Source: Narcine bancroftii
Lineage: Eukaryota
Direction of reading: 5' to 3'
Length of the DNA: 64,000 nucleotides
NCBI RefSeq assembly: GCF_036971445.1
Contig: NC_091479.1
Location: 95,852,001 to 95,916,000 of the forward strand
The position numbers and the translations under genes are program-made. Positions within the stretch are counted from its first letter, which is position 1. Each line of letters opens with the position of its first letter. Of the stretch, positions 63,028 to 64,000 are shown one piece after another. The notes beneath the pieces were generated by a model. That model was not told the DNA's origin, did not search any database, and saw only the letters and a list, made by a program, of their open reading frames with translations.

Positions 63028-64000
63028 TAATAAACTGGTGCTTTGTATCTAATATATATTAACTCCAATAAATCCACTCTTCTTTACAGAATGGTTAAAA
63101 AAAATGTAGTCAACGATGTGGATATTTAAAGACAGACTACTGACTTGTTATTTCAATGTTCAGTTTTTCCATGACTTAACTAAGTGGCCATCTGTCCAGT
63201 TTTAAGTACAATGTGTGTGTTTTTTTTAATGATTGTTTATGCAGCCCCATTATTATCAAGGGAAGAAGCAATATGGTTTAACTTAATACTGACTGTTCTT
63301 CCAGCTGTTAATGCACTGGATATAAACAAAAACACAGAGATGCTGGAGGAACTCAGCACATCTCACCTTTCTGTGCTTTAACTGCAGTCACAGTATCTGC
63401 AGACTTTTGAGTTTCTTTGGATATAAACAAAGTCAAGAAATTGCCAAATGCTGAGGCCAGGCTGAAAACCTGATCAGTTTTCTTCCCCAGTCTTCACCGT
63501 CAACTTCACAGACCAACTGATCTGACTTAAATCTACTAACACCTGCAAGTTCTTCTGGCTGCTATTTAAAAAAAAAATTAGATTGGAAAACCTACAGGAG
63601 CAAAGGTGCCAGGAGATCAAGAAAATAACATTTAGATTTTAGAATTTAGACAGACAGCACGGCCCACGAGCTAGTGTTGGCCAAATATAGCCAATTGACC
63701 AACAACCGCCGGTACGTTTTGATCAGTGGGATGAAATTGGGGTCCCTGGGGAAAACGGGGAGAACGTGCAAACTCCTTACAGACCACACAGGATTTGATC
63801 GCTGGTGTTCTAACAGCTTTCTGTTAACTGCTACGCTGAAATATGGAAATCTGCAGATGTTGTGATTGCAGTTTCCATTTAACCACCCCAATCTTCATTC
63901 CCCACAACACCCCCACCCCCATCTCCTTTAGTTCTCTCTCTCTCTCTTTTCCCTGTTTCCTTTCACAGAGCCAAAATCAATTCTCACCTTCCTCTTATCA

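Overview
Repeat-rich vertebrate genomic DNA, most likely from a cartilaginous fish (ray/skate-like, inferred from V-SINE/HE1-type SINEs plus CR1, Rex/Babar, RTE and Penelope elements). I can support one host protein-coding gene: the homeobox gene DBX2 on the minus strand. It has 4 coding exons (29630-29303, 27371-27276, 23682-23483, 22065-21754; 936 nt, 311 aa), and exon 2 is absent from the supplied ORF track in its coding frame. The rest is intronic or intergenic: many nested mobile elements (two Chapaev3 DNA transposon relics, solo LTRs with exact TSDs, a deleted Gypsy element, RTE/CR1/L1/Rex LINE fragments, hAT and Tigger MITEs, Penelope pieces with hammerhead-ribozyme-like motifs), a decayed tRNA-Cys copy, two minisatellites, a 200-N assembly gap and several repeat-free islands that are candidate neural enhancers. 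I found no convincing wholly novel biological system. The best leads are DBX1-like features in this DBX2, the variant hammerhead family, a composite MITE, and an LTR element with an unidentified 3' region carrying an in-frame minisatellite. Family assignments come from recalled motifs, not database searches.
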